Source: Takakia lepidozioides (Eukaryota; Plantae; Bryophyta). From it: a DNA stretch of 64,000 bases. Location of the stretch: contig CM060731.1 of the NCBI GenBank assembly GCA_030704615.1, positions 49,414,001 through 49,478,000 on the forward strand, read 5' to 3'. Under the pieces are notes generated by a model. The model saw only the letters and a program-made list of their open reading frames with translations, was not told where the DNA came from and did not search any database. Shown here one piece after another: positions 25,027-36,865 of the stretch (within the stretch, counting starts at the first letter, position 1; each line of letters begins with the position of its first letter). A program made the position numbers and the translations under genes.

Positions 25027-28000
25027 CTACCCATGTGTTGTATCCCGCTGCAAAAGAGTATCGACCTCGTTGAAACTCATAGTGGCCTGGTGAATGAAGT
25101 TGTCACGTTTGGGATCGCAAACCATCCTCCTCAAAAATATGAAATACAAATGTTTGCAGGGTATGAATTTACCTCTCTTGCCCAAACTGGTTGATAGCAT
25201 ATTCACAAAATCAGGACATGTGCAATTGGGGAAATTGGAAACCGTGATGTCGTAGGTCCTGTCATGAACAGCAGATGTGGAAGTGATGATTGTGAATACC
25301 CGACCATATCCTGGATCGGGTACTTCCGTGGTGCTTCCGACACGAGCTTGGAGCATTCTTGCGGACTCCACTTTGCCAAAGTGTTCAGCGGTTGGAGGGA
25401 AACGCCGAACGAGCTTTCCATCTCGTTTGGTTGGCCACAAGTCAGGATTTGCCGGGGGGACCCGGGAGGACGCAGGAATAGTAGCACATGCATGGAGTTG
25501 GGGTTGTCTCGCAAGGGAAAAACCTGCCTCCTCCAGCATTTCAATCTCCTGAAAGCTGAGATGTGTTCCCACCTTCACGGGCCAAACGGTTGGAGGAGAT
25601 GGCTTCATCACTACGGAAGGACGCACAGTTCCATGCACACATCTGGCACAATCATCTGCGCAGAACCAGAACTTGTGGTTCTTGGCTTCTGGTTGACCGT
25701 ATGGACGCATCAAGCCCGTGAAAGTCGGAGCAGGAGTTCGGGCACCACCTCTGGATATAGATGAAGTGCACTTCTCGAAATTAGTTGCCCTGATCGCTGT
25801 ACATTTCACACGAGACCCGACACTTGTGCGTTCTATGTGCCAAACGTGGTCGGGGCATGCGGACTCAAGCACATCAAGGGGGTTGTTTCTCTCCTGCACC
25901 ATTTCAGTGGCACGGTTTGATGCTGGAGCTTGCCGTCGTGTTGGAGGTTCCTCCACAATGGAGGTTCCGGACACGGAGCTGTCATGCAGGGGAACACGAG
26001 GCTTCGAGAAGTTATCACGGTCTGCCCTGTGGGAATCTGAATCCGAACCAGGTGGAGTGTTCAATTTCCTCTTACAGGAGCCGAATCTCTCCTCCCCTTC
26101 AAGATGTGGAACTCTAGAAACAAGTGGCGTTCCCTGGGCATACATGCTCACCGCCCGTGCTATCTTGATTGGATCCCCAGATCTGTTTGCAGCACGCAAC
26201 ATCAACTCCTGATTTGTCCGGACCCTTGCCACCAACCCCACCTCGTAAGAAATCACGGTATCGGGTTTGTTGTTGCAAGGCACGTATCAAATCATCTGTT
26301 GTTGCCACATACAAATCCCGACCTCGTTTCCCAGACTGCTGCAACCATGCATTGTGCACAGTTTCTGCCAAATTGCAAGATGGCATGTCTGCCATTTCCT
26401 CAATGGACATGTTCTGCAAAGAGGATAACCACACTTCAGAATAGTGCACAGGAAACAACATAAAGAAAGCAATGAGTCAAAAATATGGAAAGCAAATGTA
26501 TGAATAAAGCATGAAATAGAAGCCTCGTACCATTGTCATGGCTGCTCCCCACTGTCTATACCGGAAGTGCCAAAACGCCAGCCAATCTTCCAATGCTCTC
26601 ATACTCTCAAGTGATGCAGCTCCAGAAGAGAACCACCAGGCACGAATTGTCTGGAACAAAGTGTCCGCCTCCTTCATTGTTCTAGCATCTTTGTACTCTT
26701 TGCACAATTTACGGTGCTGAGTCTGCATCTCTGGTTTGATGTCCGACTTTGTATGTTTTTCCAGAGATTGTGTCCAATGGAATAGACATGTACGCTCTCT
26801 TCCTGGCATAGGCACTTTTGGGTCGCCCGATCCGAAGACAATACGAATAGCATTGAAATTTGCTTGAGCACTATCCGCCATGAAACCTGCGAAATTTGGA
26901 GATGGCAGCCCATGGCAGCCCATGACACGTATCAGGGAATTCCACATGAGCTTCTGGGATTCCGTATCCTCGGATTGCATGTCACAAACTGCAATTGTCA
27001 TAACTCGTTGGTACACTGGATCGTAGACATGACAAGCCATTGTCGTCCAATCCTTCACTCGTTTCACATGATCAAACATAAGAAAACAGTTCTGCAAGTC
27101 CCCAGTCTTCTGCATCCGCTTCACGAGGCTAACCCCACTGCCCTCCCCAACAGTCGACATTTTGAAAAGAAAAACTTTGATGGCACCTTGACCTGGGAAT
27201 ACATTGTCCTGGATGTAATCGTACTTGCTCAGTCGTTTCAATTCCAAAATATTGTCTATGTAGCCTCTGATCCCAGAGCCCATTCTCAATGCATTGATCT
27301 GATGCCGAATGTTAGGTGAACTTAAAGTGGAGAAATGATCCATGACCAGGTCCAATGCTGCACCGTCAAGTTTAGTCCCCACAGAATCTCCTTCACTCAA
27401 AATATGGCTTTCCAAGAAGGACTTGCTTGCGCCAAGAGCAATTGCAGATGTTGTTGCGGATGGGTTTCTCCCGAACTCCTGTTTGATCAACCTCGATACT
27501 GTCTCAACACTCTCCCTGTAATCCCCCTTCGAGACAGGATGGTTATGGAATCCAAAATGCACACAAGCTCTCGTCATTGTATTCAAACGGTGGACAACAT
27601 AGTACATTCTTGCTCCGCAGAGCGCCAAGCAGGATGGCACAAGTTTGCAGAATTTGCAGACGAAAGTGTTTGCCGGTGGAGGGCAGTCCCAGGCTGAAAT
27701 GGATTCTCCGCCAGACCCTCCCATTCGCTTTGATTATGAACTCCAGACTGAAGAAAGTGTCTGCAATTCAAATTATCACACCTAAGGTGTCCATTGCAAA
27801 CTGTCCTCCTGAAAACAAGCTTGTCATCATTCTGAATATTGGATGTTTTTGTTCTGCACCACGGGTGCCCGTCGTGTTTCTTGTCCATTCCATGCATCAT
27901 GATTGTTACACCTCCAACTCGCGGAGGAGGAGGCAGCTCGAATAGGATATCGCCATCAAAAGTCTCCGGCAAGAACTTCACAGGCACCTGCTTCAAAGAT

Positions 28001-28542
28001 TCCCAATCAATTCCCCGCAACTCGCTTTTGAATCCAGCCATTCCTCCCATCGCCCGCAATTTTGGAATGACACTACAAATCTCTTCTTCATCAGCTTCTG
28101 CAACCACAGTAGGAAGGACTGGATTTGGAATTTCACTTATGTCATCATCGGAAGAATCCGAAAGCTCAACGATTGGAGTGGAGGAAGTCTGTTCTTTTTT
28201 CACCACCACCTCCCTCTTGTCTTCAACGACCGAAGCAGCAGTCCCGGGCGTCACATATGACCCAAGGGACTTTCGCCGAGGCTCTCCAAGTACTCTGTAT
28301 CGACCAGGACGCACTCTCCACTGGCTGATATGAGCCGTCTCATCACGGTTTTGGAAAGAATATTTCACCAACTTCCCTTTCAGATCGTAAACCTCTTTCT
28401 CCAAAAAGATGGAGCCATTCTGCAGCTGAAAACGGGTAGCCAAGACATGTTCCAGAACAATTGCAAATCCATTGTCAAGGACTTCCTGGGAGAACGGCAC
28501 TGGTTTGTCGTCTGAGAAGAACTCCGCTTCAGAGGAAGCCAT
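25027..28542 (-). CDS. MULE-family DDE transposase with N-terminal WRKY/GCM1-like Zn fingers and a C-terminal SWIM finger; one intron (26414-26530) and two single-base frameshifts (~27690, ~26213)
   Basis: DGHPW..CNGHLRCDNLNC, CKFC..C..HFGFHNHP, LMFDHVKR, FMADSAQANFNAIRIVF, CLFHW (CxxH), SCNLAETVHN, CTCPDF..PCKHLYF. Confidence 0.85.
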
Positions 28543-29397
28543 CTTCCTTCCTCGAGTATGTTTGTACCTTGCTATCGCAGATCTAGTGTAAATCGGTTTA
28601 CTGCTGTCTCCAGAACACAGTTGAAGAATGAGCAGAGCATATGGCGGAGGAAGCTCAGATAACGACTGTGCATATTCTGTTATTCATTCCAGATATGCAG
28701 CCGTCCATTTTAATTACTTTTCTTGTGGGCCCAGTGGTCAGAGAATCCATAGGGGCAGTGTCGGCAACTGTTAAACCGTTAATCAGAACCTCATCAATAA
28801 ACCCAATAACAAAGCCGACTTCCTGGAAGCATGCCACAGGATCCGAGAATGGGATTGCAGATTAAGTAAATGTATCTATATACTACTACCAATGATCATG
28901 CGCACCTGGAAAGTTCCAAATGTGCAACGAATGTGGGGTTTGGATAACAAGGATGACCGTGTATGATATTCCAAAATTTGTCATCAAACTCTCGTTCATT
29001 TATATTTATTTGTTTAAGACTGCGCATCAATTTCTGGGATTCGCTGTTCTTTTTAAATATTGAACCAGTTATAATTTAGAACACGCCGTTTTGTTTTGGG
29101 CGGCACACGTCAGACATCCATAACTGAATACGAACAGCTGTACACCAATTGCTGGCATGTGCACTAATATCGAAACGACTATGTGTAACGGTCACGCGGG
29201 AGGGAATCCGATGCTTCTAGAGACACGCAAGAACACAGGCAATCCCGCAAGAAATCGGGAGTCACTGCGTTTTTCTACTTTTCGCGCTTAGAGGGAGAGT
29301 GGTAGTCAAGCTGGAGAGGGTTCCTTCTAGAATACGAAAGAGAAGAAAGTCTCTTTATTTTACTTCCCTTAGAGAGAGACGCAGAGCAAGAGAGAAA

Positions 29398-32300
29398 ATG
29401 ACGAGGCGTCGTTTGTTGGAGAACACAGGGCCAAGGCAGCAGGTGAACGCGGAGACTGATTCACAAGAGCAGACGGAGACTGAGGCAGCGGCTGCGACAC
29501 AGCCGGCGATAAGAGTGCGCCAGCCTGTGGAGGCAGAGATGAATCGCAGGGACACTGAAGAAGGTGGAAGCACGCGGAACGCCGAACCTGAAGAAGGTCA
29601 AGAAACCCTTGCGCAGACAGAAACTCCAGCAGATGTGAGAGGGAAGAGGAAAGCTGCAGAAGGGGATCAAAGTTCAAAACCTAAGAAGGTGCCAGTAAGT
29701 TTTATCATATAGTCTATGTGATTGCCTTTCAAGGAGTCCTTCCTCTTCCATTCTTTAGCAGGAACTACTGAATCGCGAGCGTCGTTAACGCCATTCGATT
29801 CTGCTTATGAGATTTATGTACCTATGTGTTTGAAGAGAGAGTCTGCACTTACTATCCGCCCTAAACTACACTGAATGTCGTTGCCGCCAATCAGTTGCAC
29901 ATGTATGTCATTACACAACACCGATCCGGCAGGTCGTTATCTTTTGTGATTGTCGTTAACGCCGTTCGCTATCGCTCTCGCTTTTGTTTTGAATACGGAC
30001 AGTCTCGGCTTTGCTTGTGTAGATTGTGCTGAATTCTTTCACACCATTCATGGTGAGTTTCCTTGATACAGAGTGATGGTCGTTACCGCCATTCACTATT
30101 TGCAAATGACTTAGTCAGAACTGAATGGCATCGTGCAGAAAACTGTGAGGTCGAAGCCTACAGGATCAGAGGGGAAAGGATCTGGAGATGGGGACGAGTC
30201 CGCAAAAAGCTCAGAGAATACAGATGAAGCAGATGAATCCGAAGTGCACTACCTTGACAAGGTGAAAGAACTCATGTCATTCCAGAAGGTAAACTCTCAG
30301 GAGGTTATAAGGGACATGCTCGTATCTGGAGGGCGTCTGGACATACCTCTGTGCCGGATGATATCAATGCCTGTTGTGCGTCCACCTCTTTCCCATGACA
30401 TAACAAAATTGGAGAGTGATTTTGTGCATGGATATAGACTTGGTGCACAAGTTTTTTATGTGTCACTGACGGATATAAATGGGAAAAGCACATTAGTTTC
30501 TCCAGAGATCAGTGATAACTGGGATGAGTGCTGGAAAGATGCCAATGAGGAGTTCGAGCTGGGCCTCATGATGGGAAAGAACACCCAGCAATTTTGCAAC
30601 CACATGTTCTACGTCTGGGACGGCAACCACCGATTGCTGGCATGGATGGGATACATTCAGAAACACCATTCGAAAGACAAAGACAAGCATGTTGCTGTGG
30701 AGGCAATGGTTTTGGATCCAGGAAACGACATCGCTAGGCTTCTTACAGCTATGCACGACGTGAACAAGTAAGTCATCCAGGAGATTTGATTCCCTCTGTA
30801 GTGTCTTGTTGATCCTCAAAAAACAGTGTTAAGGAATGCAATGTTTCCAATGTTTTTGCAGATCGACAGAGAAATCGCATGTGACAACAAGCTTGGTTCA
30901 CACACTATTCCGAATTCAGAGGATTGGTCTGATGAAGCTGGATGATTTTCGGACAGTACTACCACCCAATATCATCAAGAAGTGCGAAACAGGAAGAGCT
31001 GCAGGCACTTGGTATTCTTTGACACGAGAGGCGTTTCTGGAGTACATGTATGCGGTAAGCCCGAGTCTGTAATCTGTTTACTTTTCGAATACATGTTTAG
31101 AGTCCCTTCGGAGCTAATCACTACTTGAATGAATGCAGCAAGAACTGGCAGAGGCAGCTGAGAAGGGAAAATCCGAATATTACCGCACTACACCAGAGGA
31201 ACTAAGGACATCAAAGGGTGTGGAAGCTGCAATAAAGAAGGAGTTTGAGATGCGAAGAACCAAATTGATGTCAGCCTTCGGAAAGCAGCTTAGAATAGTA
31301 GATCCTGGACTTGGTCCTGAGTTCCTTCAGCAGATCAAAACACACTATGACAAGCATGTGCATCCGGAGATGCAGCAGGAGAAATTGCACCGGCTGGCCA
31401 TATCGATGGTCGACCCACAAACAAAAATAAGGTGGCTGGAGATATGGAACTCAGATCAAACAGTAAAGGACTTGAATCAGTTCCCAAAGAGCACCATACA
31501 GCCTGGCACAAAGGTGGAAGGAATCAGTGATTTGGTGTTTGATAACTGGCTCCACAAGGCTACATTTTGGAGTCAGGTGTGTATTCGAACATGCTGTTTC
31601 TTCTCTTCAAGTATGTGATGTGTTTCTTTTTTGCAATTCTGACAAATATTCTATTTGCAGCTCGAAAAGCGCGCCGTCATTGTGCTGGATCAGACTTTGA
31701 AGGACCTGAACATTGCGATTGTTTCCCCTCCCCAAATGTCATTGGAGGCATACATAAGGAAGTGGAGAGGTCTCACCTGGAGATACTGTTTTTTCCGGGA
31801 GTTCTCCAAAGATGGTAACATTTTACGGTCCAACGACTTTGACAGTCAGGTTGGAGGAGAGTGGGCCATGATGCGAGTTGTGTACAGGTGAAATGTCATA
31901 CTTGAAACTCTACTGTTTTTTTGGGAAAAATTGTGGCTTCATATGGATTGCAATCTTAGATCCAGATTGAATGTCGTTGACGACATTCACTTCTTTGTCT
32001 GAGTCATTCTTAAGCGAGTATATGAATTCACCTGGTTAGGATCTAAGGGTGCAATTATATTGTCCCTGATTAGAATTGATAATGTCCTTGAATGGCGTTG
32101 ACGACATTCACATACGGAGTTGTTGTGTGGTCCTCAAGGTTATTTAAATTTTTGTAATGTCCATAGAGGATACAATGAGGGTTGATCACTTCATTTTGCT
32201 GAATGTCAATGCAGACATTCAGTTGTTCTGCATTGTTTTTTCCTCTTGCGATGAATATGGAGGCTTCATAAGCTCTGTTTTAAGAAATCCAAAGTGAATG

Positions 32301-34709
32301 TCGTTGACGACATTCACAGCTGTGTCTGTATTATTAAAAAACGACAAATTCAATTTTCATGGATTGGGGAGCTAAGTAATTGGTTTCTTTTTTGTATTTT
32401 TGTGAATGGCGTTGACGCCATTCACATACAGTGATGTTGTGAGGTCCTCAGTGATAGGTTCGTTATGAATGTGCATTGAGTTTTCCTGGATGGTTCCTTA
32501 CTCAATTTTTTTATTTCCATCCTGTGATTTTGCTTCATTTCAGTAATAATTTGGCTTCATTCTTGAATGTCGTTGACGACATTCACTTCTATGTCTGTGT
32601 CATTTCTAATCGCATATTTGCATTCACCTGGATTAGGATGTATTTACAGTGTCATGGAATGGAATGTTCTGAATGGCGTTGACGACATTCATATCTGGAG
32701 CAGTAGTGTGGTCCTGAAAGGTCCTTGGAGCAGTTGTCAGAGCCATTTCAATCCATGTTTTTATTCTTTCTGTTCTACTTGCATCTTTCTCACTGAGCGC
32801 TTTTGTGGGTTGGGATTCATCTCCTTTTTTCAGGTACACGAAATATGTGCTTATGGAAGGAAATCACCTGAGCGGAATTCCCGACTATCTTGACATGTGG
32901 TCGGACCCTGCAAACGATCCAACCATGTATACTGCTGCAGGGATATTGAAGGACTGGAGTCCTTCTCACTTCAGAGACTGTGGGTGGTACCTTGACTGCC
33001 CACCTGAGCACACGACCTTTCAAGAACAGCATATGAAATACTTGAACAATAACGCTGAGATGCTGGCGCCTTTGACTGACGAAGAGTATCAACGAAACAT
33101 AGCAACCTTGGCTGCCAAGGAGCCTGATGCTCAGGGAACGCCGCAGAAGGGAAAGAAGGCGGGCCGCAAACCAAAAGACAAGGCTGTTGATGTCATAGCC
33201 ATCTCACCAGCAAAGCCAAAGGACAAAGACAAGTCCAAAGAGAAGGAAAAGGACAAGGGGAAGGAGAATGAAAAGGAGATGGAGAGTGGGCAGGACTTTA
33301 GTGCTGGAAGATATACCCGCACTCTTCAGTGCGTGTTCGATGCCAAGCCACACCCTTCCCGTTCTGATTCAGCAGGAGAGATGAAAATTGTTAATGAGGG
33401 TTGGCTTTCGATGATGCAGAGTCGAAAGAGAGGATACACTGGGGTGCCATCCCCTACCTGGGACAATATAATCTCATTCCTCAATCTGGTGAGAATTCCA
33501 CTTTCTTTCCTTTTTCTCTGAATGTTTCGTTGGCAGTATTTCAGTCTCGTTCTTTGAAAACATTCTTGCCATCGTTCTTATAAAAAACATGTCTGTTGCA
33601 GGTGAGCACAGGTCCCACCTTCGTGTGCGGTGTGCAGAAAACTTATGCGGCCGACATTGTCATTCTCGACATCCCGGATGGCCAGGCTGTGCCAGAAGTT
33701 CTTCCAAAGGGCAAGACGCCAGGGTGGAACAAATTCGAGGACAACTACTGGAGTTGGGTATTCGGGTTCTGTAACAATTTCCTCTCTGATGCAGGGACAC
33801 TTCTGCTTTTTCAGTCATGTGACAATGATAGTCGTCGGGCATTGGCATCATACCTCAAGTCTTCAGGGTTTGAAGTTTTGCGCACATGGAATTGTGTGAA
33901 CAGCCTCTACCTTGTGAAAGGGGGTTTCCCTGGTCAGCTGGTATGCCGTCTGCCTTCTGCTTATGCTTTGATCATGAGTTTCAATTTTCTCTGCAGCTCC
34001 ACTCTAGTAGAATGTTTTATGATCGACACCGATCATCAACGATTCATGGTTTTTGGTGTCAGAGTTCTGAATAGCCGATGTACACACTTCCACTTTAGAT
34101 TGTGTTTACCACACTAACCTGCTATCTTTGGCAGACGAGGATGTTCGAGGCGATCTGCCTGCGGAGGATTCGCACATCAAAGACACCATCCTCCATCCGC
34201 AGCTTTGAGATTTCTGACCAGGGTTGTTTCGTCAACCCCCCCTATGAGCCCCATGTCGATGACATTTTGTACAACTTCATGCAGTCCAGTCAGACTCTGA
34301 AGAGACCAGATGGCACTCCCTGGAGAGGTGCAAAGGAAAAGTCACCAGCATTCATGCAAATACTGCTGGAGTCATGCAGCCACCGCTCTGCACGGGTGGT
34401 CGATCTTTCTGTGTCCACAGGTTCGTTTTCTCCCTTCCGAATTGGTTTCCTTTCAACAGTTTCATCTGCTTAAATCCCCTCCTCCAAACTGCTTATGTTC
34501 TCCTGTCTGGTGCAGGAGCAACTTACCACGCATGCAAGGCAGGCGGAAGAAGCCTTTTTGGTATGGAGGGTGATTCTGACCTCTACAACACAGTGCTCCT
34601 CCCCCTTTTGTCTGGCTCCACTTCAGGCACACAGACTGATCGTATTCATATTCGAAATGATGACGATCCCGAAGATAAGCAGGTCGACAACGACTTTTCA
34701 TGTGAGTAA
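29398..34709 (+). CDS. ~1,080-aa protein with a ParB/Srx-like N-terminal domain and a C-terminal beta-class N4/N6 DNA methyltransferase-like domain; exons 29398-29694, 30139-30767, 30862-31054, 31139-31576, 31661-31887, 32834-33488, 33602-33940, 34135-34420, 34516-34709
   Basis: All eight GT-AG junctions are in frame with no stops. ParB-type FYVWDGNHRLLAW; MTase-type ADIVILDIPD, LSDAGTLLLF, EKSPAFMQILLESCS..ARVVDLSVSTGATYHACKAGGRSLFGMEGD. Confidence 0.8.
29777..30094. repeat. Four degenerate copies of the 20-bp palindrome (intron 1)
   Basis: 29777 GAGCGTCGTTAACGCCATTC; 29873 GAATGTCGTTGCCGCCAATC; 29948 GATTGTCGTTAACGCCGTTC; 30075 GATGGTCGTTACCGCCATTC. Confidence 0.75.
31969..32690. repeat. 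Seven copies of the palindrome GAATG[T/G]CGT-TG-ACG[A/C]CATTC (intron 5)
   Basis: Starts at 31969, 32090, 32201 (degenerate), 32296, 32404, 32565, 32671; arranged within three ~270-330-bp higher-order units. Confidence 0.92.
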
Positions 34710-36865
34710 GTGCTAAACCCTCTTTGGGAGTCATACTCAATTTCTCGATAACATCAAAGTTACAGTAATAACTTTTTCAGGCTGTCTTTCAGGAAAGCCA
34801 GCGGTGGATCTTCAGGAGATACAGTCATTTCTGGCGAGTCTGTTTTCGACAGCCCCCTTTCCAATTTTCTGCTCCCTGTTTATGCCGAAGCAATGGCACT
34901 TCACGCGTCCGAGTCCCTATCCCCTGACTTTTTAGTGGCCAGCCGTAGGTGTATCCAGCGTGGATCCGGTGTTCTAAAATACTTAGACTTAGATGCAGAG
35001 GAAGAGGGGATACATTGTACTGACTCTGAGTCAGACTGAACTGTATTCTTTTAATATTCATTTTCATATTATCTGGAAAACGTTGAATCCCCTTACTCTA
35101 CCGTAGTTGTTCCTTTAGAACAAATAATAATCACAGAATCAACTTTCGTTTAAATTGCTATATGTATGAATCCATCTCACAAACCTTCCTGACTCTTCTC
35201 ATATCCATTGTGCATTCATCTACACTGTATTCATGCGTGCTCCATTCATGAAAGCTTCCTTTGTACAACATCCATTGTACATTCATCCTCTGTACTCTTT
35301 AATCCACCCCACAAACCTTCCACACTCATTTCATATACTTTGTGCATTCGTCAAAAGATTTGGTCATGCATCTTCCTGTCATGAATTTTTGTCATTGCTC
35401 AACATCCATTATACATTCATCCATTTTACTCTTATCCATCCGTCATTCATCCATCTACATAGATTTTTCAAACTCATCCATCTGTTTATCATCCAACTGT
35501 ACATTCATCCATCATTTATTCAATGCCTTTTTATGTCGTCCAGCTTGTTTCCGCGGTAAAGGGTGCCAATCCGCGGGAATACACTCCACTTCTTTCTGGG
35601 TGCGTGGTGACTCGGCCTCCACGTGTGATGACGTGGACTGAGACCCGTGACGTGGCATTTGCGCAAGGTGACGTGGCGTGAGCGCAGTCGCGCTCACGCG
35701 CTCACGTGCTCACGTGACCAGGCTCACGCCGAGGCATCCCTGGAGAGTGACCCGGCCGTGACACAACACCAGCAAGAATCGTTGTCCGGATCCTCATCGA
35801 CTTGTTCTTTTTGTGGAAACTAACATCCGAGTTGTGCCGTCCTACATCAAGGAATTTGTTTCCGTGCCATGGCAAAGATGAGTTACTCTCACTCCCCAGT
35901 AGCTAGTTTGGTCGACTCCCCCAAGTCACAGCCAAGGGTGAAATTTTCCAATTTCCACTTAGTGCACTCTTCTTGGTCCATATTGCGCACCTCACTTTGG
36001 TAAACTCCCCTTAAGTCATACTTACTCACTTTTGATGCGCGTACCTAACTCCCAAACTAGCCGCCGGACCAACTTAGAGCTTCGGAACAAAAGGGGACCG
36101 TTATGCCCCGGTGAGCAAACCAATATGAAATCCAGTAGGATAAACATCCTTACATTGACATTGAGATGAATAAATGTACAATGATTGGAACTTCACTATA
36201 TTGTACCTGTTGAGAGAACGGTCATGAGAATAATAGCAACTACGAAGTGGATCCTTCAATTCTTGCGGGGAAACCTCCAGTGAAACCCCTCCTGCAGTTC
36301 AGGAAGATTAAAGAAACAGGCAGTTTGGGCAGTTTCGATGAATTCTATCAGCGTTTTTCGGGTGGGCAGTCCAGGCAGATTTAAAAGAATTGACGACGAA
36401 ATGTGGCGACGATGATGTGGCGACGAAAACGTGGCACTATGACACCCTATTCATGCTCTACGCTAAACTAGCTTCCGACCTTGGTCGTCGCTAAAACTTT
36501 GAAATATAAAGAGTGTGACACATCTAGTCATATAGTTATTATATATACCGTCATAGTCATGCAACATGATTTCTCACACATTCGAGATACTTCACGAGGC
36601 CCACGCCCTCTCTACAATACTGTCCTGTGTTGCTGACTGTCTCTTGCCCCACCTCTCTCATGTCTCTTGCCCAGCACAGACATGAGCTAAATCATCTATG
36701 CTTGCCATCATCCATACTTGCTCATATTAGCTAAATCATCCATACTTGCCACCTGTCATTCTTACAGATCTACGTGTATTGACAGTGTGACTTACTCCAC
36801 ACTGTTGTGAGACAAGCTTTGGTCAACACGCATAGTCATACAGTTGACATGAGTCATTTTATCCA

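Larger units (their letters stand above)
24374..35740. mobile_element. Mutator-like element (MULE), non-TIR type, 11.4 kb, with two divergent genes
   Basis: Perfect 9-bp TSD TGGAGAGTG (24365-24373 and 35741-35749); ends G...C with GGCGTGAGC/GCTCACGCC and TGACGTGGC motif clusters; MULE transposase inside. Confidence 0.88.
13138..35763. mobile_element. Putative ~0.8-kb LTR split by the CACTA and MULE insertions (pieces 13138-13250, 23709-24373, 35750-35763)
   Basis: TGTCAC...GTGACA inverted ends appear once the two TSD-bounded elements are removed; no matching 5-bp TSD or canonical PBS seen. Confidence 0.3.

Noticed and set aside
31969-32690. CRISPR-like array (palindromic repeats with spacers)
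   Set aside because: Spacers are 75-140 bp, uneven and homologous to each other; there are no cas genes; it lies in a eukaryotic intron
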